A stretch of DNA of 63,664 bases, filler included, from Folioceros fuciformis (GCA_049999805.1; 11 parts of 11 records of this genome joined end to end with filler, not necessarily neighbours in it); one strand, 5' to 3'. Positions 1-11,199 are shown, counted from the first letter of the whole stretch. The notes: generated from the letters alone by a model not told the origin. Translations and numbers: made by a program.

Positions 1-614
1 GGCTGGTGGTGGGGATGAAGAGGCCGGAGGTGGAGACGAGGGATTTGGATTCGGGCCCACGACATTGGGAAGGGCTGCAGCAGAAACACACCCTCCTCTG
101 AAGCACGAGTGTCCTGAATTGCAGACGGTCGTGCAGTCACCGCAGTAGCCCGGATGGGAGTGGAGCGACACGCACACCTGCGAATTTGGTAGCGATATCT
201 CGCCTGCTGCAAATGCTGCTGCGGGGTTTCGTATGCAGCAGGTCTTGCTCAGTTGTACGCCCAAGGATCCCTCTACCTGGTCTGATATCAGAGCACACGA
301 CTGCACCTGCACATTTCTCACGCCACGCCACCAATATTTGTGAGCGCATCGAACCAAATTTCAAGCTGCTTGGAAACTCAATCACGCGGTCCCGTCATTC
401 ATGTGCGAAGCCATGACTGCAACCACTCTCCATCCTTCACGCGTACACAATATGTCAGCCCACCAGATGAAAACGTTACGGTAGCGCAGACACACAGAAT
501 TCTCACATTGCGGTCTTCTGGGCAGTTGCTGGTTAGCGACTTTTCTGCAGATGCTGGTGTCCCCACAATGAGGACCAGAAGGAAGACCAGCGACAGGCCC
601 CCGGCCATGGCCAT
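1..614 (-). CDS. Secreted STIG1-type cysteine-rich protein with Ser-Pro-rich tail; exons 614-507 and 306-<1 (3' end off window)
   Basis: Exon 1 encodes a signal peptide (MAMAGGLSLVFLLVLIVGTPASA-EKSLTSNCPEDRN). A phase-0 intron spans 506-307 (GTGAGA...TGTGCAG). Exon 2 is stop-free to base 1: VQSCALISDQ...KTCC...QVCVSLHSHPGYCGDCTTVCNSGHSCFRGGCVS...PNPNPSSPPPASSSPPPA, matching STIG1 CV..xxNCGxCxxxCxxGxxCxxGxCV spacing. Confidence 0.75.
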
Positions 615-660
615 TTTGGCCGTGTCTCACAACCGACTGGGCGGCATTCTGGGTCTCACA

Positions 661-668
661 TATATATA
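661..668 (-). promoter_or_regulatory. Candidate TATA box of the STIG1-like gene
   Basis: TATATATA about 50 nt upstream of the ATG at 614. Confidence 0.4.
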
Positions 669-833
669 CTAGGCCAGTTTGGGACTGTAGAAATCACATC
701 GCAATCCAGCACAATATTCGGTGTCTTCAAAGCCCGTGCCATTCCATTCACAAAACTGGGCATGACCTCCAGAGGCATCTCCGGCACTCAGCCACTGGCT
801 CTAGGGGCCTTGCTGAAACCGAGCCGACACTCC

Positions 834-1450
834 CACTGGGATCTCCAGGCCTGCACATCCACCTAGGCCCCTTTATTGATCATTGTATACGCTAGAAAAT
901 TAAAGCTGCGTAAATTCATGGCAAGCTGGCCCAGCCAATAGCAGGCACTACCACTGTCCGCAGGACCTCACAGGTTTTCCTTGCATCGCCCTTCTGCACG
1001 TGAAGACCGTGAACCTGGAGGGGGCTGTGTATCATAACTCCGATCAAAGCGATCGACCAGGTTCACAAAGCCAGGAGAGACGAGGAGGTCCTGCACAACA
1101 TATCTGCGTGCACATGCTGACATGCAAAAATCCTCGTCATACCGGAGTACTACGTCGTGATAAACTCAACCGAACATACACTCTCTTACACTACTTCAGC
1201 AGGCCTGGGAATCTTTGCAGCTTTGCTCTCGTGACAAGCCACATTGCACGTTTCTGCGCAGATCTTGCTGACAGGTATGAGGATCCTCTATGTTTCCAGT
1301 CCAGACCAGAGCTGCTCAAGAATCGGGACCAGCAATTTCCCTTCCGGCCTCCAAGTGTGCTGCACGACATTGGCTCCGCAAATCACTGCATGACGTCCGT
1401 CTCCCACTGCCCCCATTGGACATTTCTTTCGTCAGCATCAATCAAGTGGA
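834..1450. repeat. Upstream block of the F-box segmental duplication, copy 1 (other copies ~4402-4787 and ~7955-8698; degenerate piece ~5180-5340)
   Basis: Shared run CACTGGGATCTCCAxGCCTGCACATCCACC...ACGCTAGAAAAT...CATGGCAAxCTGGxCCAxCCAAxAGCAG...CCGAACAxAxACTCTC occurs at all three positions. Confidence 0.85.
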
Positions 1451-1587
1451 ACCTTAACACCCCGCGTCTCGTAGCTTACAGTGCAGGTTGAGTAAGCCTG
1501 TGATCCGAAATGGGCATTGTCAGCATTTCAATGCCATGGTTTGGTAGCAGATATGCTTGTGGAAGTCCTTCAAGGATTTTGCACACC

Positions 1588-1612
1588 CGATGCGATGCGA
1601 TGCGATGCGATG
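1588..1612. repeat. (CGATG)5 microsatellite
   Basis: Read directly from the sequence. Confidence 0.9.
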
Positions 1613-2067
1613 GTAGGGTCTTGGGAAGCTGGCTACTCCTTGGGCTCCTAACCGACGCTCAAGATTGCTGGTTGCTGATTGTTGAGCAGTTCCAAAAGAT
1701 GCGGATAGAGGTCGCTGGCAGTTCCTGTTAGATGCATCTTGGAGGACAGTTTGACAGTTGTGGTGGAACTGCGTCATTAGCCAGCCTACTTCTTGCACTG
1801 AAGTCAGTGCGTTCCTATGAGCCATGAGCTGCGACACGATGTGTTTGTGCTCCAAGTCCTAATGCAAGCCTGACGCAGCTTGGTCATTCCTGGTCTATCC
1901 ATAATCGACTCTGCTTTTGGTGGTGGCGACCTTTGTCTTGCCTTGCCGGTCGGTTTGGCATGTGGTGTGTGACAAGTTGATCTGCTGTATTGTGGCCCCG
2001 TAGCAATTCATTTCTTGCTGATCATGAAGGTGTGACTGGAGTTGCCTCTTGTTGACTTGCCTGCAAT

Positions 2068-2555
2068 ATGATGATGCCAATTGAGGACGAACATTACCTG
2101 GTTGGTGTATCCCCTAATCAGGGATCGACGTCTAAGAAGCGATCCTGACCCAGAAGCAACTCCCATGTGCGTCGAGGTGTGGGAGCGTGATTATCAAGCT
2201 ATGGCAGAGACTATTATGGGGTGTTTGTGTTTGGCCGCAGACCAGCAGAGAAGCCTACATGGAGTCTGTACAGAGGGGCGCTCACACCTCAAGTCCCCAA
2301 AGTTCAGGGAACAAAGCGCCTCGATGGCACTCGTTCACCATGATCAATGTTTGTTATGGGCTGACAGTGCATCTAAACACCTGGTGAAAGTAGATCACCC
2401 TATTAGGATCGATCTGAGCTTCGTTCTTGCCAAGTATCGGCCGCCACTGTACAAGTATCCTGCCTTTTCCGTCACCGGGGGATATTAGCTTTGGCGTGTC
2501 CTATTCTCTAACAATTTATGGTTAACGCCTATCACATTCAACATGGAATTAGGGC
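2068..2555 (+). pseudogene. F-box pseudogene, copy 1 (frameshifted, 3'-truncated)
   Basis: VYPLIRDRRLRSDP...VWERDYQAMAETIMGCL...LHGVCTEGRSHLKSPKF...VKVDHPIR...YRPPLYKYP is paralogous to 5822-7111. Frameshifts near the start and at ~2470; homology ends at ~2555. Confidence 0.8.
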
Positions 2556-2929
2556 ATATTTAGCCGGTCGTGGGAAATGTGCTTTATTGCCTCTCCCCTC
2601 TTGCCGACATGTTGGCCTATGATTTGGAGAAAGGTAGGCTCAGCACATAGGATGCAGCTCACCTTTATGTTTGCCACTGCAACTGCAACTTAGCTCCTTG
2701 GTCCATCTTCCCCCAAGAGCCTCCTCCTCCTCCTCCGAGTCTTTGCCCGTAGGAGCCTCCTGCTCCTCCTAGCCTTTGCCCGTAGGTGTATGTACCCTGG
2801 CATCCCCTCAATTTGGTTATCATTTCCTCGTCTTCAATTTTTCTAAACCACAACACAACAAGAGCAACGGCAGCGGCTCCTGGCTCGCGGCATTTTTTCA
2901 TGGACGTTCCGCGAGCTGCATGATGAGGC

Positions 2930-3460
2930 TGTGAGCCGCAAGCGACTTGCGGCCTTCCTCCCTGTGCGGGCTAGCAACCCTCCCTCCTCGTGTGGACTCT
3001 TGGCCGTGGGAGGCCTGGGGTGGGGCTCGCATGCACTTGAGAACTAGGCGGCGCTTGGAGAACTAGACAATTGATGTGGATGAATTGTGCTACCCTGTGC
3101 TTGCAGGATTCGATTTTGACACGTCAAGAGCTCCGATAATCATTAATCATCAAAATGCACGAATTTGTGCAGATTCAAAACGACCATATCCAGTCCAACA
3201 CGTGAGCTGCGTTCTCATATCGGTCAAGCCTTCGATCCCGGTGAAGAGAAGGTACAATGGGCTGGCCACCACCCACAACACATGCTCCCTCGCACTCAAC
3301 AACTGCCGCTCCTTCAACCTCAAGGACCACAAGCCGGACCCCCTCCACTCTTCATTGCACTACGCTCGCAATAAGAGCTGGTTCACAAGCGGCAGCATTG
3401 TTATGATGGTGATGATGACGTCGCGAGGCAAGTTGCTCCATTCAACAGCCTCCCCCATCT
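2930..3460 (-). pseudogene. F-box pseudogene of a second family
   Basis: MGEAVEWSNLPRDVIITIITMLPLVNQLLLRA*CNEEWR is an F-box motif with an in-frame TAG at 3360. The downstream part (FIHINCLVL...PGLPR) is homologous to ~7720-7940 and ~4279-4367. Confidence 0.7.
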
Positions 3461-3949
3461 TCTTCACACCATTTATTGGTGCGAGCGTCCTCACTCTCTT
3501 GCCATGGTGCAACACAAGGTCGCTGTTGAAAGACACATCAAGGTTGAAATTCCCAACTGGGTTGCAAACTCTTGCAATATCATTGTTGACTCGAGATCTC
3601 TTGCCATCACTCTTCGCATGCTCCTTCCTCGCCATCTTCTTTACACCATCCATTGGTCCTAGAGTCCTCATTCTTTTATAATCACGCAATAAGAAGGTAG
3701 TCTCGAAGGAGAGATAAGGGCTTCGATTCCAACTATCTTTTAGTTTTTGCAAAGTTTTTCTTAGACTAGAGATCTCTTACCATCACTGTGTGCATGCTAC
3801 CTCCACACCAGCTACTTCAAATTCTCCACACCCATTAAGCTACATGCTTTGCTCTTTCACCTTGGACCTCATCCTCAAAACTTCTTGTAGTGCACACAAA
3901 CTTAGATAGTCTCCCGCAACTTATAAGCACCGAATCCTATGCTCAGAAA

Positions 3950-4070
3950 GAGATGTAGGTCACAAGCCCACAAATTATAGGCAGCTAGTCATATCCTTAG
4001 AAATGTAGCTCCAAGCCCATAGCTTATAGGCAGCCAGTCTTATCCTAAAAAATATAGCTCTAAGCTTTAG
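3950..4070. repeat. Degenerate ~47-bp tandem repeat
   Basis: ATGTAGxTxxxAAGCCCAxAxxTTATAGGCAGCxAGTCxTATCCT recurs about 2.5 times. Confidence 0.6.
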
Positions 4071-5365
4071 CCTTTGGGTCCATGACTCGAAAGGCTAGGA
4101 TCATAGCTCTGCAGAATTCCCAAGAATCGTGCAAATGATCTTAAGGCTAGCGTTTGCCCCTTTCATGCAGGCTTACATTACACTTAAAGTAATTGCCCAA
4201 CGTAGACCTTTCTTAACCTCTAAGCTAAGTCTTGTTAGCACTCAGGCTATATCCCTCTCATTTGATGGATTGTCCATCAAAATGCACGAATTTAATTGTG
4301 CAGATGCAGAACGGCCATATTTGTCCATTCCAGCGCGTGAGCTGCGTTCATATTTCGATCAAGCCTTGGCTCTTGCCTTACAAGGGGCAAAAGGAGCTAA
4401 CATCACTGGGATCTCCAAGCCTGCACATCCACCGAGGCCCAGGCCTTTCTTGATCATTGTGTACGCTAGAAAATTGAAGGTACGTAAATTCATGGCAACC
4501 TGGCCCAGCCAACAGCAGACACTAGCCCTGTCCGCAGGACATCACAGGTTTTCCTCGCATCGGGATTCTGCACGTGTAGACCGTGAACCTGGAGGGGGCT
4601 TTGTATCATAACTCTGATCAAAGCTTAAGTGATCGACCAGGTTCACAAATCCAGGTAGTAGGTTAAATTTCATCGGTCACGAGGAGCTCCTGGAGCCCAT
4701 ATCTGCGTGCATATGCTGACGCCCAAAACTCCTCAGCATACCAGCTGTACTAACTCTTTCTGAACTCCACCGAACACATACTCTCTTACCCCGCCATGCC
4801 AGCATATCCTTCCGTACCTAAGCTCTCAAAAATCGGGCGTGCGTCTATCAGTTCGCTAAGGCACTGACTCAATGCAGGCATGTCCAAAACAGGCAGTTGC
4901 CCAATACTATGACATACACCAGCACCCGTTCCGACAACAGCAAGCAGTTCAGAAAGGCCAATAAGCAGCAGTGTAGGAATTCCTATGATGGGACTCCGCT
5001 TCCAGTAGGGCGGACATGTTCCCGTACAAGGAATGGAAAAAGAAACTGCACNNNNNNNNNNNNNNNNNNNNNNNNNNNNNNNNNNNNNNNNNNNNNNNNN
5101 NNNNNNNNNNNNNNNNNNNNNNNNNNNNNNNNNNNNNNNNNNNNNNNNNNNGATCTCCCTTCCCTGCAGATGCACCGGTGGCCCCTTTGTATGCACTAGA
5201 AAATCAGAGCTGAGTTGATTCGTGCCAAGCGGGCCCCGCCTGTGGCTGGCACTAGCACTGTACGCAGGACATCACACCCCTCTGGACGTGTGGACCGTGA
5301 ACTTGGGGGGAACTGGACTAGGATCACTCTGATCAAAACGACTGCGAATGTGGTACACGCCGTAC

Positions 5366-5510
5366 AGGTAGCCCTGAGCCCTAAAGCACGTTCAAGAGCC
5401 CTAAAGGTAGCCCTGATCCCTAAAGCACGGTCAAGAGCCCTAAAGGTAGCCCTGATCCCTAAAGCACGTTCAAGAACCCTAAAGGTAGCCCTGATCACCC
5501 TAATCCCTAA
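5366..5510. repeat. 39-bp tandem repeat (~3.5 copies) containing CCCTAAA motifs
   Basis: Unit AGGTAGCCCTGATCCCTAAAGCACGTTCAAGAGCCCTAA. Confidence 0.9.
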
Positions 5511-5821
5511 ACCGCGTCATAACGTCTCTAATCTGGATACAATTCAAGCTAAGCAGCTAAGCAGGTTCGCGAAGCTTCGGGTGCCTAGGGCAGCTTGGTC
5601 ATTCTCGGTACAGTACATTTGTTAGAGAATTCCGACTCTGCCTTTCTCGGATCGGACCGAGTGACCTTGTGTTGCGGGTTTGCTCGTTATCTTGGTCTTG
5701 TGTTGTTTGAGTAGTTGGTGTCCCTCCTCTCCTGCATTGTGGCCCCGGAGCAATTGATTGGTCTCCTGTTGAGCTCAGGGTGTGGCTGGAGTTTCCGCTA
5801 TTAATTGACTTGACTTGCAAT

Positions 5822-7111
5822 ATGATGATGTCGGTTGAGTTCAGTCATTACCTGGTGTATCCCCTACGCACGAATCGACATCTAAGAAGCGGACCTGGCC
5901 CAGAGACAAGCGTAAATTCACCTCCCATGGACACAGAGTTGTGGGACCGTCTCAGTCAGGAGATTGTTGACATTATGCTGGAGCATTTGCCGACAGACAA
6001 GCAGGTAACGCTGCGTACAGTCTGCACAAAGTGGCGCTCAGTGCTCAAGTCCCCAGAGCTCAGGCAAGGAAGCGCCACAAAGGCACTTTATCTCCATGGT
6101 TTATGTTTGTTATGGCCTGAATCGCAAAACCTAGTGAAGGTGGATCCTCCTCTGAGATGTGATGTAACCTGCGTTCCTACCCGGTATAGGCCACCATTAT
6201 ATCGGTATCCTACTTTAATGTTTCCACCAGCCTCCGACCATATTAGCTTTGGTGTGTACCGCCATGACAATTTATGGGTACCATTTGCAGTGTACAGTAT
6301 GGAATCAGGACTGTGTGTAGCCATTGTCAACTTGACAAAGAGTGTATGCAGGGATCTGCCTCCCCTCCGAATACAAGCACTCAGTGATCTAGCCTTTGAC
6401 GTTGGGAAGATTATTCATGAAGACCAGGATTCTTTCAGACTAACCATCCTATGTAGATATGCGAAATCAAAACTATATGTTGCAACATATTCAAGCAAAG
6501 ATGAAAGGTGGACAATGAAGAGGATCGATCTTACCGTCATTCCTGACACAAATATTGGGTTCATGATGGGCATCCAACGTCAAACTCATGATCTCTTGAA
6601 GATTAATTCTGAATTCTATATGTATGAGGATAGTTTAGTGTACTGGTCATGTGGCCGGTTTTTCATTTGTTTCAACCCAAAGAATGGACATTATATAACT
6701 CATATACATCTGCATTCTCTACTTCCATTTGATTGGTATGTTGCAGGCAGAGATGGTATGTTCTCTATTAACATCACTTACCCCCCAAATGTAACGGACA
6801 CAACTATCCAGATTTTTTTTTATTGCATGAACACGTCAATTAGTGATAGTAGTGCTGAAATTGAAGACAAAAGATATAGAAACGAAGGTCTAGTCTCACG
6901 GAAGATTGTGAGTACCTTGGCAATTCTTGTCTCAAGTGTGACTACCCAAGACTTCAATCCCCAAATACTAGGATTTTTTGATATCTATAAAGTTGACATG
7001 ATAGATGACACAATTTTAATAATTTTGCGACGCTTCTCATCTTATGATGAGTTCTTACGAATTATAGGGTATAATCTCAAAAGGAAGTTATGGCTTCATC
7101 TTCTTCATTAA
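5822..7111 (+). CDS. F-box protein (429 aa, intronless) with divergent beta-rich C-terminal region
   Basis: Intact ORF from the ATG at 5822, a start conserved in both paralogs. F-box motif LWDRLSQEIVDIMLEHLPTDKQVTLRTVCTKWRSVLKSPELR; F-box-associated-like motifs IVNLTKSVCRDLPPL, YSSKDERW and GYNLKRKLW. Confidence 0.85.
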   Translation: MMMSVEFSHYLVYPLRTNRHLRSGPGPETSVNSPPMDTELWDRLSQEIVDIMLEHLPTDKQVTLRTVCTKWRSVLKSPELRQGSATKALYLHGLCLLWPESQNLVKVDPPLRCDVTCVPTRYRPPLYRYPTLMFPPASDHISFGVYRHDNLWVPFAVYSMESGLCVAIVNLTKSVCRDLPPLRIQALSDLAFDVGKIIHEDQDSFRLTILCRYAKSKLYVATYSSKDERWTMKRIDLTVIPDTNIGFMMGIQRQTHDLLKINSEFYMYEDSLVYWSCGRFFICFNPKNGHYITHIHLHSLLPFDWYVAGRDGMFSINITYPPNVTDTTIQIFFYCMNTSISDSSAEIEDKRYRNEGLVSRKIVSTLAILVSSVTTQDFNPQILGFFDIYKVDMIDDTILIILRRFSSYDEFLRIIGYNLKRKLWLHLLH

Positions 7112-7299
7112 GCTGCCCTAAGGACAAGAGTGGTACATTATGTAATTCATCCGGATATGATTATGACTTTATGTTGTAATCAATATAATTCTTTCTGAAT
7201 AGATCTTATGGACTTTTGTTAAAGCTATGCGAGTGAGTACTTTTCATTTTTGCAATTGGCGGGAATATGCATACAATCCAGTGGGGAGGTGGAGAGTTG

Positions 7300-7950
7300 G
7301 AGCCTTCGCGGGGTTAGGGCTACCGCAACTGCCATGGCGTGAAAAAGATACTCCAATTTATGCTGGACGTGGGGAAAACAGGAGTACATATGTCGCCCTC
7401 GTCAAGACGCTTGCTGATCCCCTCTTCGTGTGACTGCAAAATTTTCAGGTTCAGGGAAGGAAAGCATGCGGATCCACACGGCTGCTCATGTCAGGCTGTT
7501 AGCATGAGCCGTTTCATCCATCAAACCTGCCGTTCCAGGTCCACATCTTCGATCTGCAAAGCACATTGGATCGCAATACTCGTGACAAAACACTGTGGAC
7601 AGCTCACATGTATGACGGATCTTACTTGCCTCAAGTGACCCCTGAAGCTGCCACCCTCTCCATTTGGTCATGATTCCGTCGCCGTTGTGTAACCAGAAGG
7701 AGAGCAATGGCAGAGGCTCACGACCGCGGGAGGCCTGGTGTGGTGATCCCATGGACTTCAGACCTAGGGAGTGCATGGAGAACCAGGCAGTTGATGTGGA
7801 TGAAAATTGCTCCCATCCGCTTGCAGATTCAACTTACGCACGCCAGGCGCTCCGAAGCCGATCATTATGCATTGAAATGCACGAATTTAGTCGTGCAGAT
7901 GCAGAACGACAATATTTATTCCAAAGCATGAGCTGTCTTCTCATTTCGGC
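7300..7950 (-). pseudogene. Remnant of the second-family (minus-strand) F-box gene, C-terminal part
   Basis: 7720-7940 is clearly homologous to 3000-3230 (GGAGGCCTGG, GGAGAACxAGxCAxTTGATGTGGATGAA, AAATGCACGAATTT). The left boundary is approximate. Confidence 0.45.
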
Positions 7951-8705
7951 TGACATCACTGGGATCTCCAGGCCTGCACATCCACCAAGGGGCCAAGGGC
8001 CCTTTCTTGATCATTGTGTACGCTAGAAAATCGAAGCTGCGTAAAGTCATGGCAAGCTGGTCCAACCAATAGCAGGCACTAGCACTGTCCGCAGGACATC
8101 ACACTGTCAGGTTTCCCTTGCATCGCCCTTCTGCACGTGTACACCTTGAACCTGGAGGGGTCTGTGTATCATAACTCTGATTAAAGCTCAAGCGATCGAC
8201 CAGATTCACAAAGCAAGGTATTCGGTTAAAGTTTATCGGTGACAAGGAGGTCCTGGAGTACATATCTGCGTGCGCAGGCCGACATGCAAAATTCCCCGAC
8301 ACACCAGGAGTACTAAGTCTTTCTGAACTCAACCGAACACATACTCTCTCACACTACTTCAGCAAGCCTGGGAATCTTAGCAGCATTGCTCGCGCTACTG
8401 CACAGTACGCACCAATACAGTAAATCAATTCAGATGAATCATTGACGAGGGCAAGCCTCCGACAGGTGACAAGCCTCATTCCACGTATCTGCGCGGATCT
8501 TGTTGACAGATACTGTACGAGGATCCTCTATGTTTCCAGACCAGACCAGACCAGAGCTGCTCGAGAATCGGGACTAGCAATGTCCCTTCCGGCCTGGCCT
8601 CCAGTATGGTGCACTACAAGGGCTCCGTAAATCACTGCATGACATCTGTCTCCCGCTGCCCCCAATTAGACATTTATTTCGCAAACATGAATCAAGAGCA
8701 ACTAA

Positions 8706-8769
8706 ATGGCCCAAGTACATGATGACATGGTGAAGAGTCCCTCACCATGTCATCATGTACTTGGGCCAT
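8706..8769. repeat. Perfect 28-bp inverted repeat (hairpin, 8-nt loop)
   Basis: ATGGCCCAAGTACATGATGACATGGTGA (8706-8733) is the exact reverse complement of 8742-8769. Confidence 0.95.
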
Positions 8770-9379
8770 CATGTCATTACAAGCAATATTTCGAGATATT
8801 GGGACTCATTTACGGCAGGAATAAACAACCCCCTTGCAATTGTCGGAAGGTTGTAGAAACCAAACCAAATTAAATGTCTCAAGGACCCAACCCCAACAAC
8901 TATAGGGTTCAGGGGTCCCGTGCCTGAGGCAACAAGTTCCCCAGTGGCTCATGGGTTCTAGAGCTCCTAGGAGCAAGTGCTTTTCTGCTCTACGCTGGAT
9001 CATCATCCGTCAGCCGGGGGCTCTACAAGGTGGCGTACCTTGCAGCGTACCACAAACCCTAAAGCACCTCAAACCACCCTGATCCCGAAACCTCGTCATA
9101 CCTCCGTCATTGGATTGTCATTCAAACCAATCTCACGTGCCTAAGGCAGCTTGGTCATTCCCGGTACACTTGTCACAGAATTTCAACGCCGCTGGTTTGC
9201 ACTCTAGCTCTAGTTGTTCGCGGCTCTGCTCTTGCTGGTGGTGACCTTTGTCTTGCCTTACGGCCTGTGGCTTGTGCTGTTTGACTAGGTGAGCCCCTGC
9301 ATTGTGGCCTCTTTATCAATTCATCTCTTCTCTTGCTGAGGGTGTGGCTGGAGTTGCCACTTTTTGACTTGCCTGCCAT

Positions 9380-10868
9380 ATGATGATGCCGGTTGAGGAC
9401 GAACATTACGTGGTGTATCCCCTATTCAGGGATCGACATCTAAGAAGCGAACCTGAACCAGAAGCAACTCCCATGTGCGTTGAGGTGTGGGAGCGTGTTT
9501 ATCAAGATATTGCAGAGACTATTATGGGGTGTTTGTCCCCAGACCAGCAGAGAAGCCTACATGGAGTCTGTACAGAGTGGCGCTCACACCTCAAGTCCCC
9601 AAAGTTCAAGGAGCAAACCACATCGAGGGCACTTGCTCACCAGGGACAATGTTTGTTAAACGCCTGGTGAAAGTAGATCATCCTATTAGGGTTGATCAGA
9701 ACTTCGTTCCTCCCACGTATCGTCCCCCATTATACCCGTATCCTGCGTTTCCGTCACCCAGGGATATTAGGTTGGGTGTGTTCGATTCTAACTGTTTATG
9801 GCTAACGCTTATCACATTTAACAGGAAATTAGGTTTTTGTTTAGCCATAGTGAACTTGACAAAGAGAATATATATTGGGTTACCTTCCCTGCCTCAAGGC
9901 CAAGTTTTCCCAGGTTCACAAGTTTCATGCAAAGTTTCCAAAGTAATGGATGTGGGCAAGTTTGTGCAAGAGGACGAAAATTATTATAGTGTATGTATCT
10001 TGCTTGAATATCATCCAATACTATCATTATGTGTTGCAACATATTCCAGCAAGGATGGAAGCTGGACTATGAATTGGCTTGATGCTACCTATACTCCCCA
10101 TGAATTGGCTTGATGCTACCTATACTCCCAACACCGATGATCTGTGGACTATAATTTTGAAACCCTATATATATGGGCATAGTTTAGTGTATATCATACA
10201 TGATGATCTTACCATGAATTTTGAAAGGTGTTGGTTTCCTCTCTTGTTTGGATGCAAGGAACAGAGAGTACATAACACAAACAAGTTTGCCTATACTTTC
10301 TTTCGATACAAGAGATAGGTGTGTGGCACATAGTCATGGTGTATTCTGTATTAGACTTGCTTATCCCTACCACTATCCTTCAGGTACCACAATGACTATT
10401 AACATTTTTTCATGGAGTGTGAATGTGTCACCTAATAAGAGTAGTGACTAAGATATAGACAAACAAGAAAGAGACGAAAAGGATAGTGGTGAGGACCAAG
10501 ACAAAAGGTGTAGTCACCTTGAAGAGAAGGATAGACAGGATACAAAACAGGACAAAGATGAAAAGGATAGACATAAGGACCAAGACGAAGAGGATAAAAT
10601 AAGGCCAGATAAAATAAGGCCAGAGATTGATAAGAATGAAGATAAAAATGATGGTGACCAAGATGATGAGAGCATGGTTCTAGTCTCAAATGTGAGTACC
10701 TACGACTTCAACCCAACGGTGCCAGGACACATTTCTATCCATGAAGTTGACATGATCCAAGATACAATACTCATCATTTTGCGACATGTAACACCTCAAG
10801 GTGAACACTTCCTACGAGTTATAGGGTACAATGTTCCAAAAAAGTTATGGCTTCAACCTATTTTTTAA
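9380..10868 (+). pseudogene. F-box pseudogene, copy 3 (full length, disrupted)
   Basis: Colinear with 5822-7111 from MMM to RVIGYNVPKKLWL. Lesions: frameshift at ~9660, a ~30-bp tandem duplication at ~10069-10130, a further frameshift, and an in-frame TAA at 10449-10451. Confidence 0.85.
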
Positions 10869-11199
10869 GCTGCCCTAAGACATGTAGGTAGTAAATCGTA
10901 TGGGTATGGTAGTGGGTTTTTATGATAACTAATATTTTCTTGTTTTTCCTTCACTTGCCCGGGTAAGAGTAGCTATGTATGTCCATACCCCACGGAAAAC
11001 AGGCATGGATAGATTGATGGATTCGAGAGACCAGAGTGGAATTCGAAGGCGTTGGCGTTCTTTTCTGGAAGGCTTTCAATTGCGTGAGCTCATCAACGGC
11101 TAATAATGAGTAGCCTTGATTCTGGCTGGTGATTTCAGCAACCACAGATGGTCTTCGGCATAAAATGCCAAAGGGAAGTGGCATCAATGACAGAGATGT

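Noticed and set aside
2665-2901. Gly-rich small ORF
   Set aside because: It derives from a short CCT-rich duplication; no family recognised.
10428-10689. Hydrophobic membrane-like ORFs on the minus strand
   Set aside because: They are the antisense shadow of the D/K/E-rich insertion in F-box copy 3.
10951-11187. Possible terminal exon of a minus-strand gene
   Set aside because: No recognisable homology, and the contig ends in a repeat.
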